From positions 682,001 to 746,000 of the forward strand of contig JAQFVV010000004.1 in NCBI GenBank assembly GCA_028023455.1: 64,000 bases of DNA. The letters run 5' to 3'. Of this stretch, positions 1-11,702 are shown in pieces. A program made the translations under genes and the position numbers. Numbering within the stretch: position 1 is the first letter of the stretch; every line of letters starts with the position of its first letter. Under the pieces are notes generated by a model that did no database searches, was not told the DNA's origin, and saw only the letters and a list, made by a program, of their open reading frames with translations. This DNA is from Epiperipatus broadwayi. Lineage: Eukaryota; Animalia; Onychophora.

Positions 1-414
1 TATAAAATTTATAGATGATTTAATGATAAAAATCAAACTCAAAATGGCATCATGAGGAAAAATAATAAAACATTTATTAAAATATCTAGTAGTATTATAT
101 GTGCTTCAAGATTTTTCAGATTAATAATCTCTTTAAAACATACTGTAGCAATACCTACAAGAGTTTTAATAATATCATGAGTTATTACTAATTCGATATC
201 AGTTTTTAATTTAAAGCTGTGTTGTAGCTATGGCAAAGATGATAATGTAATTTCAGACACCTTTTGAAGCAGGAACATATTGCAAAATCTATGAATTCTA
301 TGTAGAAAATTATATTAGTTATATGTAAGAGTTCAATGTCTACAAACCTCCAAATTAATTTTGGCCTTCACTATTTATTTCAAAATTAAAATCATGCTAC
401 ATACATTTCTGAAA

Positions 415-808
415 TTGCCTTGCATAAGATATGTTTGACTTCAATTTTTGTTGCTTGTCAAGTGTTATTCTTATTCTCCAGCATAATTCTGCTGCTTCTT
501 CTAAAGGCAATTTTTGATTGACTTCTCAGTGGCTGCCATTATATTTAATAAAGGGATATTAGACAGTATTATGGCAAAGTTTAATCCTCTTTCAAGAAGA
601 GAAATTTCAATATCTGCTAGATGTTTAGAACTGAGATTTTTAACAGATGAATCTGGTAAACTACTCGGTACATTATGATTTTTGATATGCTCATGTAGGT
701 TAGCGTGTTTCTTCTTTGGCATTCTTTTATTTTTCCATGTAATGTTGAACATGATTGTTTTACTGCTTGAGAAACTTTTGTGAAGTCTTCATCAGTAAGT
801 TTTGTCAA
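415..808 (-). pseudogene. Penelope-like element ORF relic (region N-terminal to RT)
   Basis: ORF 501-752 reads SVKNLSSKHLADIEISLLERGLNFAI..IP, matching the V.NLS...L...E..LL.KGLNFA motif of PLE ORFs. The strand continues LPLEEAAEL...KSNIS. Frameshifted. Confidence 0.7.
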
Positions 809-824
809 AGTAATGAAAACAGAA

Positions 825-871
825 GGCCTGGGTTCGCTTTCTGGTCAACTCATTTGACCTAGAAAAAAAAA
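825..871 (+). mobile_element. 5'-truncated copy of the tRNA-Gly-derived SINE
   Basis: GGCCTGGGTTCGCTTTCTGGTCAA...TTTGAC followed by an A run matches the 3' half of the copies at 8.1, 16.3, 37.3 and 50.0 kb, including the diagnostic GTTCGCTT T-loop. Confidence 0.5.
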
Positions 872-1349
872 TGGTTGTTACGAGGTCTATTTATTTCCAA
901 AAATAGATAATGCTTGTCCTCTGATAGTTTTAGTAAACAAAATAATTAAGGTTTTTTTATATTATTTGAAAGATGATTTTAAAACAGATTTATTAATTTA
1001 AAAAAATGAATATTTCTGATATGTCACATCAAAGAAATTCTCCATTGATGGATATATATATATATACATACAACTGTAAATATTATATACTCTTCTATAC
1101 TAAGATATTTTGATGTTTAATTTAAATTTATTCTTTATTTTTATACAGACGGATACTGCATTTATATAAAAATAAACAACTACTAAAGATTCAAAAAGAT
1201 TAAATACATCTTACTTTTTATCATTAATCTGACCCCTTCTCACTCTCATACTTTTATATATAAAAATTACATAGATATTTAAAAAGTTTGGTATTTTTTG
1301 TAAATATTATGAATATATATATTATAGACTACTTTTCTCAAGTAGATAG

Positions 1350-1519
1350 CATATCTCGGAGCCCTTAGTTGGGTTGCCATTGTACCTAAATAAAAATAGT
1401 GTTGTTACACAAATGGAACCTGGGGGGAAATGCTGACAAATACCATAATAAACTAGTCATTTCAGGTATATGACATATTCTGAGCCCTAATTGGACAGCC
1501 ATTGTAACCTAAATAAAAA
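1350..1519 (+). repeat. Imperfect direct repeat (period about 124 bp) enclosing a degenerate hammerhead
   Basis: CATATCTCGGAGCCCTTAGTTGGGTTGCCATTGTACCTAAATAAAAA (1350-1396) resembles CATATTCTGAGCCCTAATTGGACAGCCATTGTAACCTAAATAAAAA (1474-1519). Confidence 0.55.
1427..1463 (+). ncRNA. Degenerate type I hammerhead relic (family B-like)
   Basis: GAAATG-CTGACAA-ATACCATAAT-AAACTAGTC-ATTTC. It has the same CCATAA loop and ACTAGT palindrome as the motif at 39891-39932, but the core is mutated. Confidence 0.35.
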
Positions 1520-4500
1520 GCATCCAATAGTGGGTGAGAGCCATTGGTAATTTAATAAAAATATTTCAAAATAGATCCAACAGTATTTTACCCACTTTTT
1601 ATCTCTATTTTTATATTAAATGAATACTATGTGAATATGGTCTATCAGGGCACCACTAGGTTATCTAAACCTAGACAAAGTTATATTCTATACCTACTTA
1701 CAAATGTACCAGGTTTGAACCCCTTTTGGTATCTTATTTATAACCGGATGTAGTATTTTGTATTTTAGGACCATATCACATTTTCACTAACATTAAGAAA
1801 AGCAAAAACATCCTTATGCTTTGGTTGTGCATATAAAATTCATCAAACAACATTACTACTTAGATTTTAACATCATAAATGCATTTCAACATTTTCATAA
1901 GTCTTGCTAGCTCATATCAAACACTATTGATTTATGGTGGAAGTTCATTCAGCCTTGAATGATGTGGATTATCATTATGGTGGTTATTATCTTATAATGA
2001 CTCACAAATGATAGCCAAATACAGTGAAAATCATTATCTATGGTCATTAAACACATTTATGTAGATCATTAATTTAAAAACATGATGATGGTGATACTTC
2101 TAACCACAGCTTTAAAACTAACACCTAACATAAAATTTAGCTTTTATAAATTCATAATTATTTGCCTAACTTTAGTATATCTAAATTAGAACTTAACCAT
2201 TAATATTCAATAGTGATGATGAATGATTATAAATTAATAAAGCAACAAATACTCTCAATAAGGATAAATGCCTCTTTTAATAAAAAAAATTAACATTTAT
2301 TACTCGACTATCAAAATATACATACTGTTTAAAGATATATATGAAAATTTATATGAATAACAATGATGAGTTATTTATATTTAAATCACAATATTAATAA
2401 TATTAAACTCTTCCCCCTTTCCCTTTAATGACAGTATCCAATGTTTATGTTATAAATATAATGTTTGTGCATCAATTTGGACTGAAAATTTATATCCAAA
2501 CAAAAATATTTCATAAAAAAACACTTTGCATGCACATACTTTTATAATCTTATAAATTTAGACTTAACATATAAAATAAAATGATTAATTAGAAAAAGGT
2601 TAGTTCAATTCTAAGGAAGTAAAAGTATTTACAGAAACAAGCATTATATTACTTATCTTTCCCTCTAAGCTATTGAGGTCACTAATGATTTTTAAAACGA
2701 AAATCTATCTTCACCAATGCTACCTTTCTATCACTTTCAATATACAAGCAACACAGCTATACATGTGGAAAATATAATTAAATTACTGTGTGTATGGTGG
2801 ATCCCCATTATGAATAAAATATTAAAAAAAAAAACGTTTTAACATATTACATAATTTTTAATTGACCCACAATAATACATTTCACAAAATAAAATACACC
2901 AATAAGTGGATAAGTATAATGATTTTAGAATACATAAAATCATCAATACTGTACTAGCTATTATTACTGAAACTCTGCTTTTACTCGATTTTGGTTTTAA
3001 AATTCAGAGATAAAAGATAAAGAATTTGTTATTAAAAATTTTGGTTAATAGTCCCTGATATAATAAAAAGGAAAATATATAATTAAAATTCATATTACTA
3101 GTCCTTTTATTTTCTTGAGGCAGCACTTTCCAATAGTTCAAATTCAGCTTGTTGAATGTTTATAAATTTTGCAGCAACCACATACACCAATCTGAAACAC
3201 ATGATATTACCAGTTTTAGTGATGTATTGGAACAATCCTATTCTTTCTTGGTTTGGGCTTGCAATTCTTTTACTGTGATGATGATGGTGATGAAGTTACT
3301 TGCTTCCATAGGAACCATTTGGCACTAGAATTGTTTTTTTATTTCTTTTCAGTATACTTATTTTAATAGATTAAGGATATCTGTTTTCATATTTTATCAT
3401 TTTTTCTAGGGTTTGAACACAGTCACTGGCATAACTGAACTAGCATGGTTTAACATTTTTCAGTAGTTTACTTACTTTAATTTTTTGATTTAAAAATCCA
3501 GGTGAGCAATCAGTTCTATCTCATTTTTCACAATCAGTCACAAGATGTGTAATACTTTTGGCTCAGACCCTTCAGATATGCATTGGCCAATGGATGGCTG
3601 GATCAGGCATGTGAAACATATATGTATTTAGCCTGCCATTAGGCTATGAAACTTTCCAAACAATTATATATAAAAATGACAGCAATTTAATTTGTTCTCT
3701 TAACAGTTTTAATATTTTTTTTCTAAGTAATTGCTAGCTTTTTATATCACTGAGTCTTTTACAGACCATCCAGATAGAAAACCTGATTTTTATTAGTTAA
3801 ATTATCTGATTAAAACTGATCATCTGTTTCCAATTTACTGTTGGTAATAAATCCAGACTAACAGATAGAAACACCTGATTTTTTTTGATAATTAACTAGT
3901 CTGGAAGGAATCCATTACTTTAATGTTTTCACATCTTTGTCTCACATCTACCTTTATAAAATTTAATTATTTTTTTTTCCAATTATCTCTGATTTAAAGA
4001 CTTTCAGCCGGTCTATCAACTAAAATTTTAACCTTGTGAGTTTAATTAACACAATATAATTTTTTACACATTATAGCTTTTTTAAAAAACTGATTTTAAC
4101 AAAACTCTTTTTAACACATGTGTAACTATAAATTTATTTATGTAAAATACAAGCACACACTCAGATATTCAATCATTCAGAAAAACTTGCCTATTAAAAA
4201 TAATCTGAATGATTTTTACAAACTATAACTTAATATTCAAAATTAAATTATTAGAACTATTAGACTTAAATTATTGTTATAGAAAAAATAAAGAGCAGAA
4301 TTTAGCAAGTATAGATCAATTTTGAAGAAAGTTAATAATCAAAATATGAAAATGATTAACTAAATAGTTTGTCCACAGACAACTACCTATATGTGTTCTA
4401 ATCCTAATTTAAAAATAACTAAATAATTTAAGGTATGTACTATTCTTTTTGGGTTATATCAATACAAACAAACAAAGAGCATAAATATTTTTTCCACTCT

Positions 4501-6592
4501 TTCTGTCCTTGGCTTTTGGGACTTGATCCTGTAGGGTTTGAATTTGGGTGCCCTACAGCTTTCATTTTTATATAAGAAAATGTGATGATTTTTTTCTGTT
4601 TTTATTTTATTAATACTATTACAATTTATCCACAGGCTAAATTGGAATGGGCCCAATATATATTACATATAATCATTAAAATCAGTCAATAATTAAGACA
4701 ATCCAATATCAATATCAATCAACAGTTTCAAACTGTTGTCAAAGAAAAATATTGTTTTATTATTCTATCAAAATCTTCATGTAATTTATATATATATTAC
4801 AGGTAAAAAATCCTGAAATATAGGTGTATATCTTATAATTTTTGTATAGATGTAATAGTAACCTTTTTTTTATTTCCAATGAATTCTCTTAGGAAGAATA
4901 GAATTAATATTTCAGCCATTTTCAGATTAATTCTGATCAACTATGAAATGTGTATAGTGTTATAAAAAATAAGTATGCAAATACATATATATATATATAG
5001 TAAATAAATAGAGTTTTATTACAGAAAAATAAAGACTGTAAAACATTTGCATAATTACTCACTCTAGAAAAATTTATAAGTTAGCATGGATTGAACTTAA
5101 ATTAGTTTTATACAGAATCCACATACTAAAAAGCAGTAGAAAACAGAGTAAGCATGTGTGCAAAAGCTTAGGAAATCAGATGTAGATTTTCTTATTCTCA
5201 AGTAATATTAATATATACACTGCAAAAGATGTTTATGTTAGAGACTGTTTCAATTAAAGATTATAATTGGTTCAACTACATATATATTATGACTACATGA
5301 GAAAAAAAAATTATTTGTTCTGATGTTTTTTTTTTAAAAAGATTCTAAAAAATTATAATCTAAAATTTAGAGTTTATTTATCAAGTTGTAAATTAAAGAG
5401 AGAGAAAAGTGTCTAAGTCCCTGCTATTTATAAAAAAAAAAAACTAAATTTATGAATTAAATATCTAATCCAATTCTAGTCTGGAGATTAGAATGAATTA
5501 AAATATATATTTAAAAAACTATGTGCAAGTAGTTAATTAAACAACAAAATATTTTGTTTTTTTTGTTTACAATATGTATATATTTAAAAAACAATGATGC
5601 TTACTTTATTGTTCAAGGATCATGTGCAACCCTTGCTTATCTGGTTTTTGAAAGTTATTCTTCAAATATATTCTGACAAATCATTAATTAAAAAATAAAC
5701 AAACCTGATTTTTTAGGAAAAAAACTATAAATGGATATTTTTTTGCATTAAAGGGCAGAAATACTAATTATTAAAATTATAGTGTTTTGAATGATTTAAT
5801 TTTAATTATAAACTTCACTGAAATAAATAAATTTTATTAGAGCAAATATCGGTTGTTAAGAATAGAAGCAGGAATAGCTACTACAATCAGATCAATATAT
5901 TGTTGATTTGTTCTGCCTTCTATATGTTTTTATTTTGGTTAAATATTAGCTCTTAGAATGTTATTGAATACTGCTTTCTCTTTTTTGTTGATATTTCACA
6001 TATATAAAATGTTTTGAAGATAAAAGAAATTTGAACTTGAATATTAAAGTAAATACTGGTGATAAAGAAGTATTTTATATAAATATTAAGTTCTCTATCT
6101 TAAAGCTGATGAAAATATCTACGAAATAGATATTATAATCAAGTTATAATATAAGAATCATTAAAGGTATGTCATTACTCGCCAATTCTATCTCATAATT
6201 TATATTCTAGCATTTCAGTGTGAATTTAGGTCACAAATTTTTTGTTCTTTTAAGTCATTAAATTTTTTTACCATAAAGTACTCAAATAAACTATACTAAA
6301 TGATAAGCAATTAGAAGCTGTCTGCTATTGTAAATTGGCATCAAAAATTATTTTATCAAGTGTATTATTTAGATATCAAATTCCAAGATATTAGTTCATT
6401 TGAATCTGAAGCATAATACACTAATGTTTTATACATAGATATCACAATTTTATTAACCTATTCATTATGTACCGAATGTTTACTATAGTAATAAGAGGGA
6501 TTTGAATTTAGAATTTTTAGTCTATATTCATCCTCGACTCTATCTTAAACAACCCATACATATGATCACACACATGAAAAAATCTAAATGAT

Positions 6593-6637
6593 CCCTAATA
6601 TACATACTTCATGCAGAATCAGCACTCATCAGTTGGG
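6593..6637 (-). ncRNA. Type I hammerhead motif with GAAA changed to GAAG
   Basis: Minus strand reads CCCAA-CTGATGA-GTGC TGATTCT GCAT-GAAG-TATGTA-TA-TTAGGG. Confidence 0.6.
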
Positions 6638-6892
6638 CTAAATCATAATCTCCCACACATATATACTATCAGTGCTCAGCTTATATTAAGGTAGCAATTT
6701 CTTAAACTTTAATGGACAGGCTTCAGTCTTCTCATCTTTCCAACTATTCAACCGTCCATTTCATCAAAAACCAACAGTTGAACATTCAAAGCCTGTGATG
6801 AGAGGATTGGAGTCTATTAAAGTTTAAGGAATTGTCATCTAAATATAAGCTGAGCACTGATTGTATATGTGTGTGGGAGATTATGATTTGGT

Positions 6893-6934
6893 CCAACTGA
6901 TGAGTGCTGGTTCTGCATGAAATACTTATATTGA
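6893..6934 (+). ncRNA. Type I hammerhead motif, core intact, weakened stem I
   Basis: CCAA-CTGATGA-GTGC TGGTTCT GCAT-GAAA-TACTTA-TA-TTGA. Confidence 0.75.
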
Positions 6935-7477
6935 GGATTTTTTTTATGTGTGTAGTCATGTGTATTGATTGTTTAAGATGGAGTGGAGGATGGGTATAGA
7001 GTGAAAATCCTAAATTCAAATTCCTCTTATTATTAAAATTTTATATTTTAGTAATATTCAAATTACTGTAATTTGAATATATATAAAACAGCTGTAATAA
7101 TAAGTAAAACTAAACAAAAAATTTGCGATAACAATAATAATATTTAGAGAATTGGTTAACTTTGATTACATTAAAGCCATCTTAAGTTATTTTACAATTT
7201 GGAAGATTTACCTCCGGCCTATGAAAAAAAAAAGCGAAATACTTATTTATTCTTCAAAATGGTTGTGTCGTGAATAAGAGAAGACCCTTAAATAAATATT
7301 TAAAAAAATTGCATGTTATAAATTTTTGAGAAGTGGGCTTAAAAGGAAATTGGGTTGTGCTCCTAATTTGTTAGTTAAGGTGATTTGTTGTATCTGTTGT
7401 ATATACTAGCTATACTTGTGAGTTTAGAATAAAAGAATGTAATATAGTAGATAATGAAATAATATTTAAATAATATC

Positions 7478-7548
7478 CTGCACAGTTTGGTGCCATCGGT
7501 AAAGTATCTGACTTGGGATCAGGAGAGCCCAGGATCAATTCTGGTATT
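7478..7548 (+). pseudogene. Degenerate tRNA-like sequence (possible SINE head, Arg/Trp-like anticodon arm)
   Basis: TCTGA-CTTGGGA-TCAGG anticodon-like arm resembles the TCTGACTTCGGATCAGA of tRNA-Arg(TCG). A CCAG/CTGG T-arm-like stem follows. The acceptor stem is poor. Confidence 0.35.
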
Positions 7549-7608
7549 CACAGTTCTAGCACTAGAACTTCTTATGAACTCCTTTAAGCAATAAAGCCAC
7601 TCAACATT

Positions 7609-7709
7609 TTTAGATGAGTTATCAACAACAGCAAAAAATGACTATTGTAATGTATTTTTGTAAACAATGTTGTAGGTCATTTTTATCTGCTGTTGATAAC
7701 TCATGTAAA
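7609..7709. repeat. 101-bp hairpin (about 33-bp imperfect inverted arms)
   Basis: TTTAGATGAGTTATCAACAACAGCAAAAAATGAC versus GTCATTTTTATCTGCTGTTGATAACTCATGTAAA. Confidence 0.7.
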
Positions 7710-8090
7710 TATTATTTAATTATCCACTAAATTATATATTTTTATTCTACTGAAGCAAGCAAGGCCATAAATGCAACTAGTAGCCTATAAAATTCTACCC
7801 AAAAAGAAAGTAGATCAAAATTCCAAGCCGATATAAAACTTACTTAATCATGTGAGAGTATACTTAAAAAAGAAATTGTAAAACCACGTTTAATTTATAA
7901 CTTAAGCAGTATAAAATGGTTTTATATTTTTTTAAAAGGCAGTCTTACTTTATAACTGATCAGAAATGACAATTCTTTCTGAAGTGAACAAAATTCCAAG
8001 CCATTTTAATTCACACAAAAAAAAGAAAAATTTGCAATTAAATAGAACATGAATAAAAATTCTAACTTAATTTATAACTTCTTTTATATA

Positions 8091-8177
8091 TATATGTCAA
8101 AGCATTGACCGGGAAGCGAACCCAGGCCGGCTGCTTGGAAGGCAGCTATGCTAACCACTAGGCCACCAACGCTTGAT
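8091..8177 (-). mobile_element. tRNA-Gly-derived short SINE, copy with TCC anticodon
   Basis: 8101-8172 minus reads GCGTTGGTGGCCTAGTGGTTAGCATAGCTGCCTTCCAAGCAGCCGGCCTGGGTTCGCTTCCCGGTCAATGCT, close to metazoan tRNA-Gly(TCC). Probable TSD TAACTTCTT(T/G)TATATA at 8075-8090 and 8184-8199. Confidence 0.85.
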
Positions 8178-9039
8178 GATGTTTAACTTCTTGTATATAA
8201 TTTGAAAACTATATTGTTTTAAAATATTATTTTGTAATTCTATTGAACAATGTTTTTTTAAAAATAAATACTTTTTAAAATTTAATTTAAACTGAAATCC
8301 TAAAAAAACTTTAAATGTTTTTAATCTTTAAATCAGTGCTGCACACTTTTTGACTCTATCTGACATTATTCAATTTTTCATGTCTTTTTTATAATGCAAA
8401 TTATCAAAGTTTTTAAAACAATTAAGTACCACAAACTAAAAATCTATAGCCTATTAAATTGTACATACAAAAAAAGAAAGAAAATCGTGCAAAATTCATC
8501 AAGATTGGTGTAATATTTTTTGTTATAAAGTAAGAAACAAACAAATTTTTACATTTACATATTGATTGTACGTAGTGAATTTTTAATAATATAAATAAAT
8601 AGATTTTTTACATTAGAGCAAAAAGTTGCTTTATTTCAACAGATGTATTCATAATCTTAACTAAAATTAATTAGTCATTATTTTGATTTTGCTGAAAAGA
8701 TGTGTTACTGAAGCTACTGTACCATGTTGCATGAGTGAAAATTTGGCTTACTGCAATGATAGTGATGAAAATAGTTGATATATTGTGGGTTTTTGGAAGA
8801 TGTAAAATTTATTTATGCTGTCTTTTTATTTTTATTGAAAATGGTATTTACACAGATCTGGCTATTGTCATAATCTAATTATCCATGAGCTGAATGTCAA
8901 GTCCTTTATGTAATAGAGAACTTGCTTTTCAGATCAGGGGAAAGTCAATTTGTTATCACCAATAATTAAACAATCTAAATCAGTATTAAATTGTTTCATA
9001 TATATTTGAGAACATATTCTCTGTATTTATTCTACTCCA

Positions 9040-9165
9040 GATCCATCTGTTGTAAGCCTGGGTAATCAGTGAACATTTCATTGACAAAAGATATTAGTCA
9101 GAAACTAGTCTGGGAATGTGGATTATTGGACAATTTTCTAATGTCCATTGATTATTTAAAGTTAC
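9040..9165 (+). mobile_element. Family B relic with degenerate hammerhead (9073-9119)
   Basis: CAGATCC...ACATTTCA-TTGACAA-AAGATATTAGTCA-GAAACTAGTC-TGGGAATGT...TCCATTGATTATT, colinear with the minus strand of 39820-39950. Confidence 0.5.
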
Positions 9166-11255
9166 ATTAGATGGCTCTTGAATAAAGAAAATAGAATGAA
9201 TATCAGCTTTTAGAAGTATATGTAGGCAGGTAAATTATTGAGTTGTTTTGTTGGTTTATTTTTGTATTCTCTGATACAATGCATGCTTGATAATTTATTG
9301 GAATATTTTATCATAAGATTCTCTTATAATATTTTTATTCTAATATCTTAGATTGAAAAATAAGGAGCTTTGAATGTTTAGAATATGCCATAATAAATAA
9401 AAGTTGTCATATTGTTGCAATGATATAAAATTTCAGCTGCAATATTTGGTATGCAATATATATATATTTGAATTTATTTTTTTTATTTTATGATCTGATA
9501 CTTCAATATATGATGTGAATCAATGTATATGTTTTTGTATGTGTTTATGTCCATACAAAGTGAGTTTTTTCATCATTGTGACTATTTTTGAATATTGTTT
9601 TTTCTTTTAGTTGATTTTAAAAAAAGTTTGATTATGAGCTAAATAAAATAAATTGTTAGTCTCTTTTTTATAGCTCTTATTCACTCATAATAAATTATTT
9701 TCATTAGATAAATGTCATAATGAAAAATATGAACACTATTCATTTTCCATAGTAGTGTTGATGATTTGTAAATGGCAGTCACCCAGGTGTTCTAGTTGGC
9801 CCTGCTCAGTGTTTCAACAAGAAATCTGTGAAAGCTGTCAACTAGAAATGACAGGTCTGTGTCTTGCTGGTATGGCAAGAGAGCTACACCCTGTTAAACT
9901 TTAATGTAAAGTAATGAGGTCCATTGCATGCCCTCTGGCGATCTTCTCTTTTAAACAGTTAAATATATACAGACCTTAAATGCATTACCATTTTGAAGAA
10001 TTATGCTTAAAATAATCTTTTTTACCATTAAATCAAGACATAAACATATATAAAGAGAGATTTACTTTTATTCACATACATACACATATTTATTTATATA
10101 TTTTTTATGTATTTATTCGCATATACAGTATATACAAAGATACAGATGCATATGCACTGGATTGATCTTTCCACCTCATATGAAACAACTGTTATTATTT
10201 AAACACTACATAAAGAAAAAATGAATTAGTATTATTATTTTATCCCTATAATTATTTGGATTAGATTAAGCTTGGATAAGTTGTTTGAATTTTTGATGAC
10301 ATGTATTCAGAAGTCATGTAGGAAATTTAATGAGCTCTTCAATTGAATGACTTATTATTGAAGACAAAGATGAATGTCATCTAAGCCCTGCAGCAATTTT
10401 TTGAGAGTTCTATGTGTTCCCAGCATGCAAGTTAAAAACTTCTGTTAGAAAGATTATGAGAAGTTTAAGTTTTAGATATATGAAAGAGTACTCCTACTAT
10501 ATTTTGTTCTTCATATGATTTTTCTATTTTCATAATAAATATTAACAATTATCCCCAAGTACCACTTTTGAGTTTTTATATATTTAAATACATTCTGCAT
10601 AAAGATATTTTTGTGTGTGCCTATACGCATATATATAATACATATGAATAAATATTTTTTTTTATGAATATATCCAAAGAAATATATACATATATTATAT
10701 AATCGTAAGAATATGAGTTTATTTAAGTTTCTTAGTAGACTGGAAACAAATTATTATTCATCATTTAATCATTTTAAAATTATCGTTTAGTACTATACTA
10801 AAATTATGTATAATAATTTATATATAATTCAGTTTTATCTTATGAACTGAAAATGAAAGTATATATAAATGTATAGTTGTTAATATTTTTATGTAAAAAA
10901 AAAAACGTTTATGTACATAAAGTATATGCATTTTATAAGTTCTGTAGAGTAACCTTTTCTTAACTGTTCTGCATGCAAAGTATTAAGAGAAAAAGTATAA
11001 TAATTATTTGTATCCTTTGCATTTGGTTCCCCATAGATATCAGAATTTATATATAACAAACCCTTTATATGTTTAGCTTATGTATACAGACCTATGATAC
11101 AGTTTTAAAAATATACATATTAAGATATGAACAAAAATAATTAACAAAAAAGTAGAATAAATTTGCTCATATGGGTGAGCATCTGTATAAAATGTATGAA
11201 TTACTAATTTTTTTACTTAATATTTTTTTTTTTTAAGTTGTGGATTATTGAAATT

Positions 11256-11702
11256 GTACTTGGTGAATGTGGAATAAAGTGATTTACATTTTAATTTTTT
11301 ATGTGCTCAACTAATCTTATTTTAAACTGTTTTTTTCTTTTAAAAGAAAAAAATGTAATTAGTTATTGTAATATATTTATACTTGTATTACATTAATTTT
11401 ATAAACATTTACGCATTATGCTAACAAATACAAATTTAAGTGTTCTGTGCAAACAGTAAACTTTTCTGTAACAAAAAGTACTTGGTGAGTCTGTGTGAAT
11501 ATGGAATAAAATGATTTACATTTTAATTTTTTATATGCTTAACTAATCTCTTTTTAAACTGTTTTTTTTTTTTAAAAGTAATTAGTTATTGTAATATATT
11601 TATACTTGTGTTACATTAATTTTATAAACATTTACGCATTATGCTAACAAATACAAATTTAAGTGTTCTATACAAACAGTAAACTTTTCTGTAACAAAAA
11701 GT
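11256..11702. repeat. Tandem duplication, two units of about 222 bp
   Basis: 11256-11477 and 11478-11702 are nearly identical, both starting GTACTTGGTG and ending CTGTAACAAAAAGT. Confidence 0.9.

Larger units (their letters stand above)
6489..7032. mobile_element. Fold-back element, family A (about 250-bp inverted arms), HHR in each arm
   Basis: 6489-6736 is the reverse complement of about 6797-7032. Homologous along its length to 51352-52105. Confidence 0.85.

Noticed and set aside
6100-6140. CTGATGA...GAAA spacing suggestive of a hammerhead
   Set aside because: No stem II or convincing stem I. The bases fold better as a simple AATATCTA/TAGATATT hairpin, so chance is likely.
8101-8172. Functional tRNA-Gly(TCC) gene
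   Set aside because: The D-stem is broken, the T-loop A58 is C, and SINE-type flanks and a TSD are shared with degenerate copies. Treated as a SINE.
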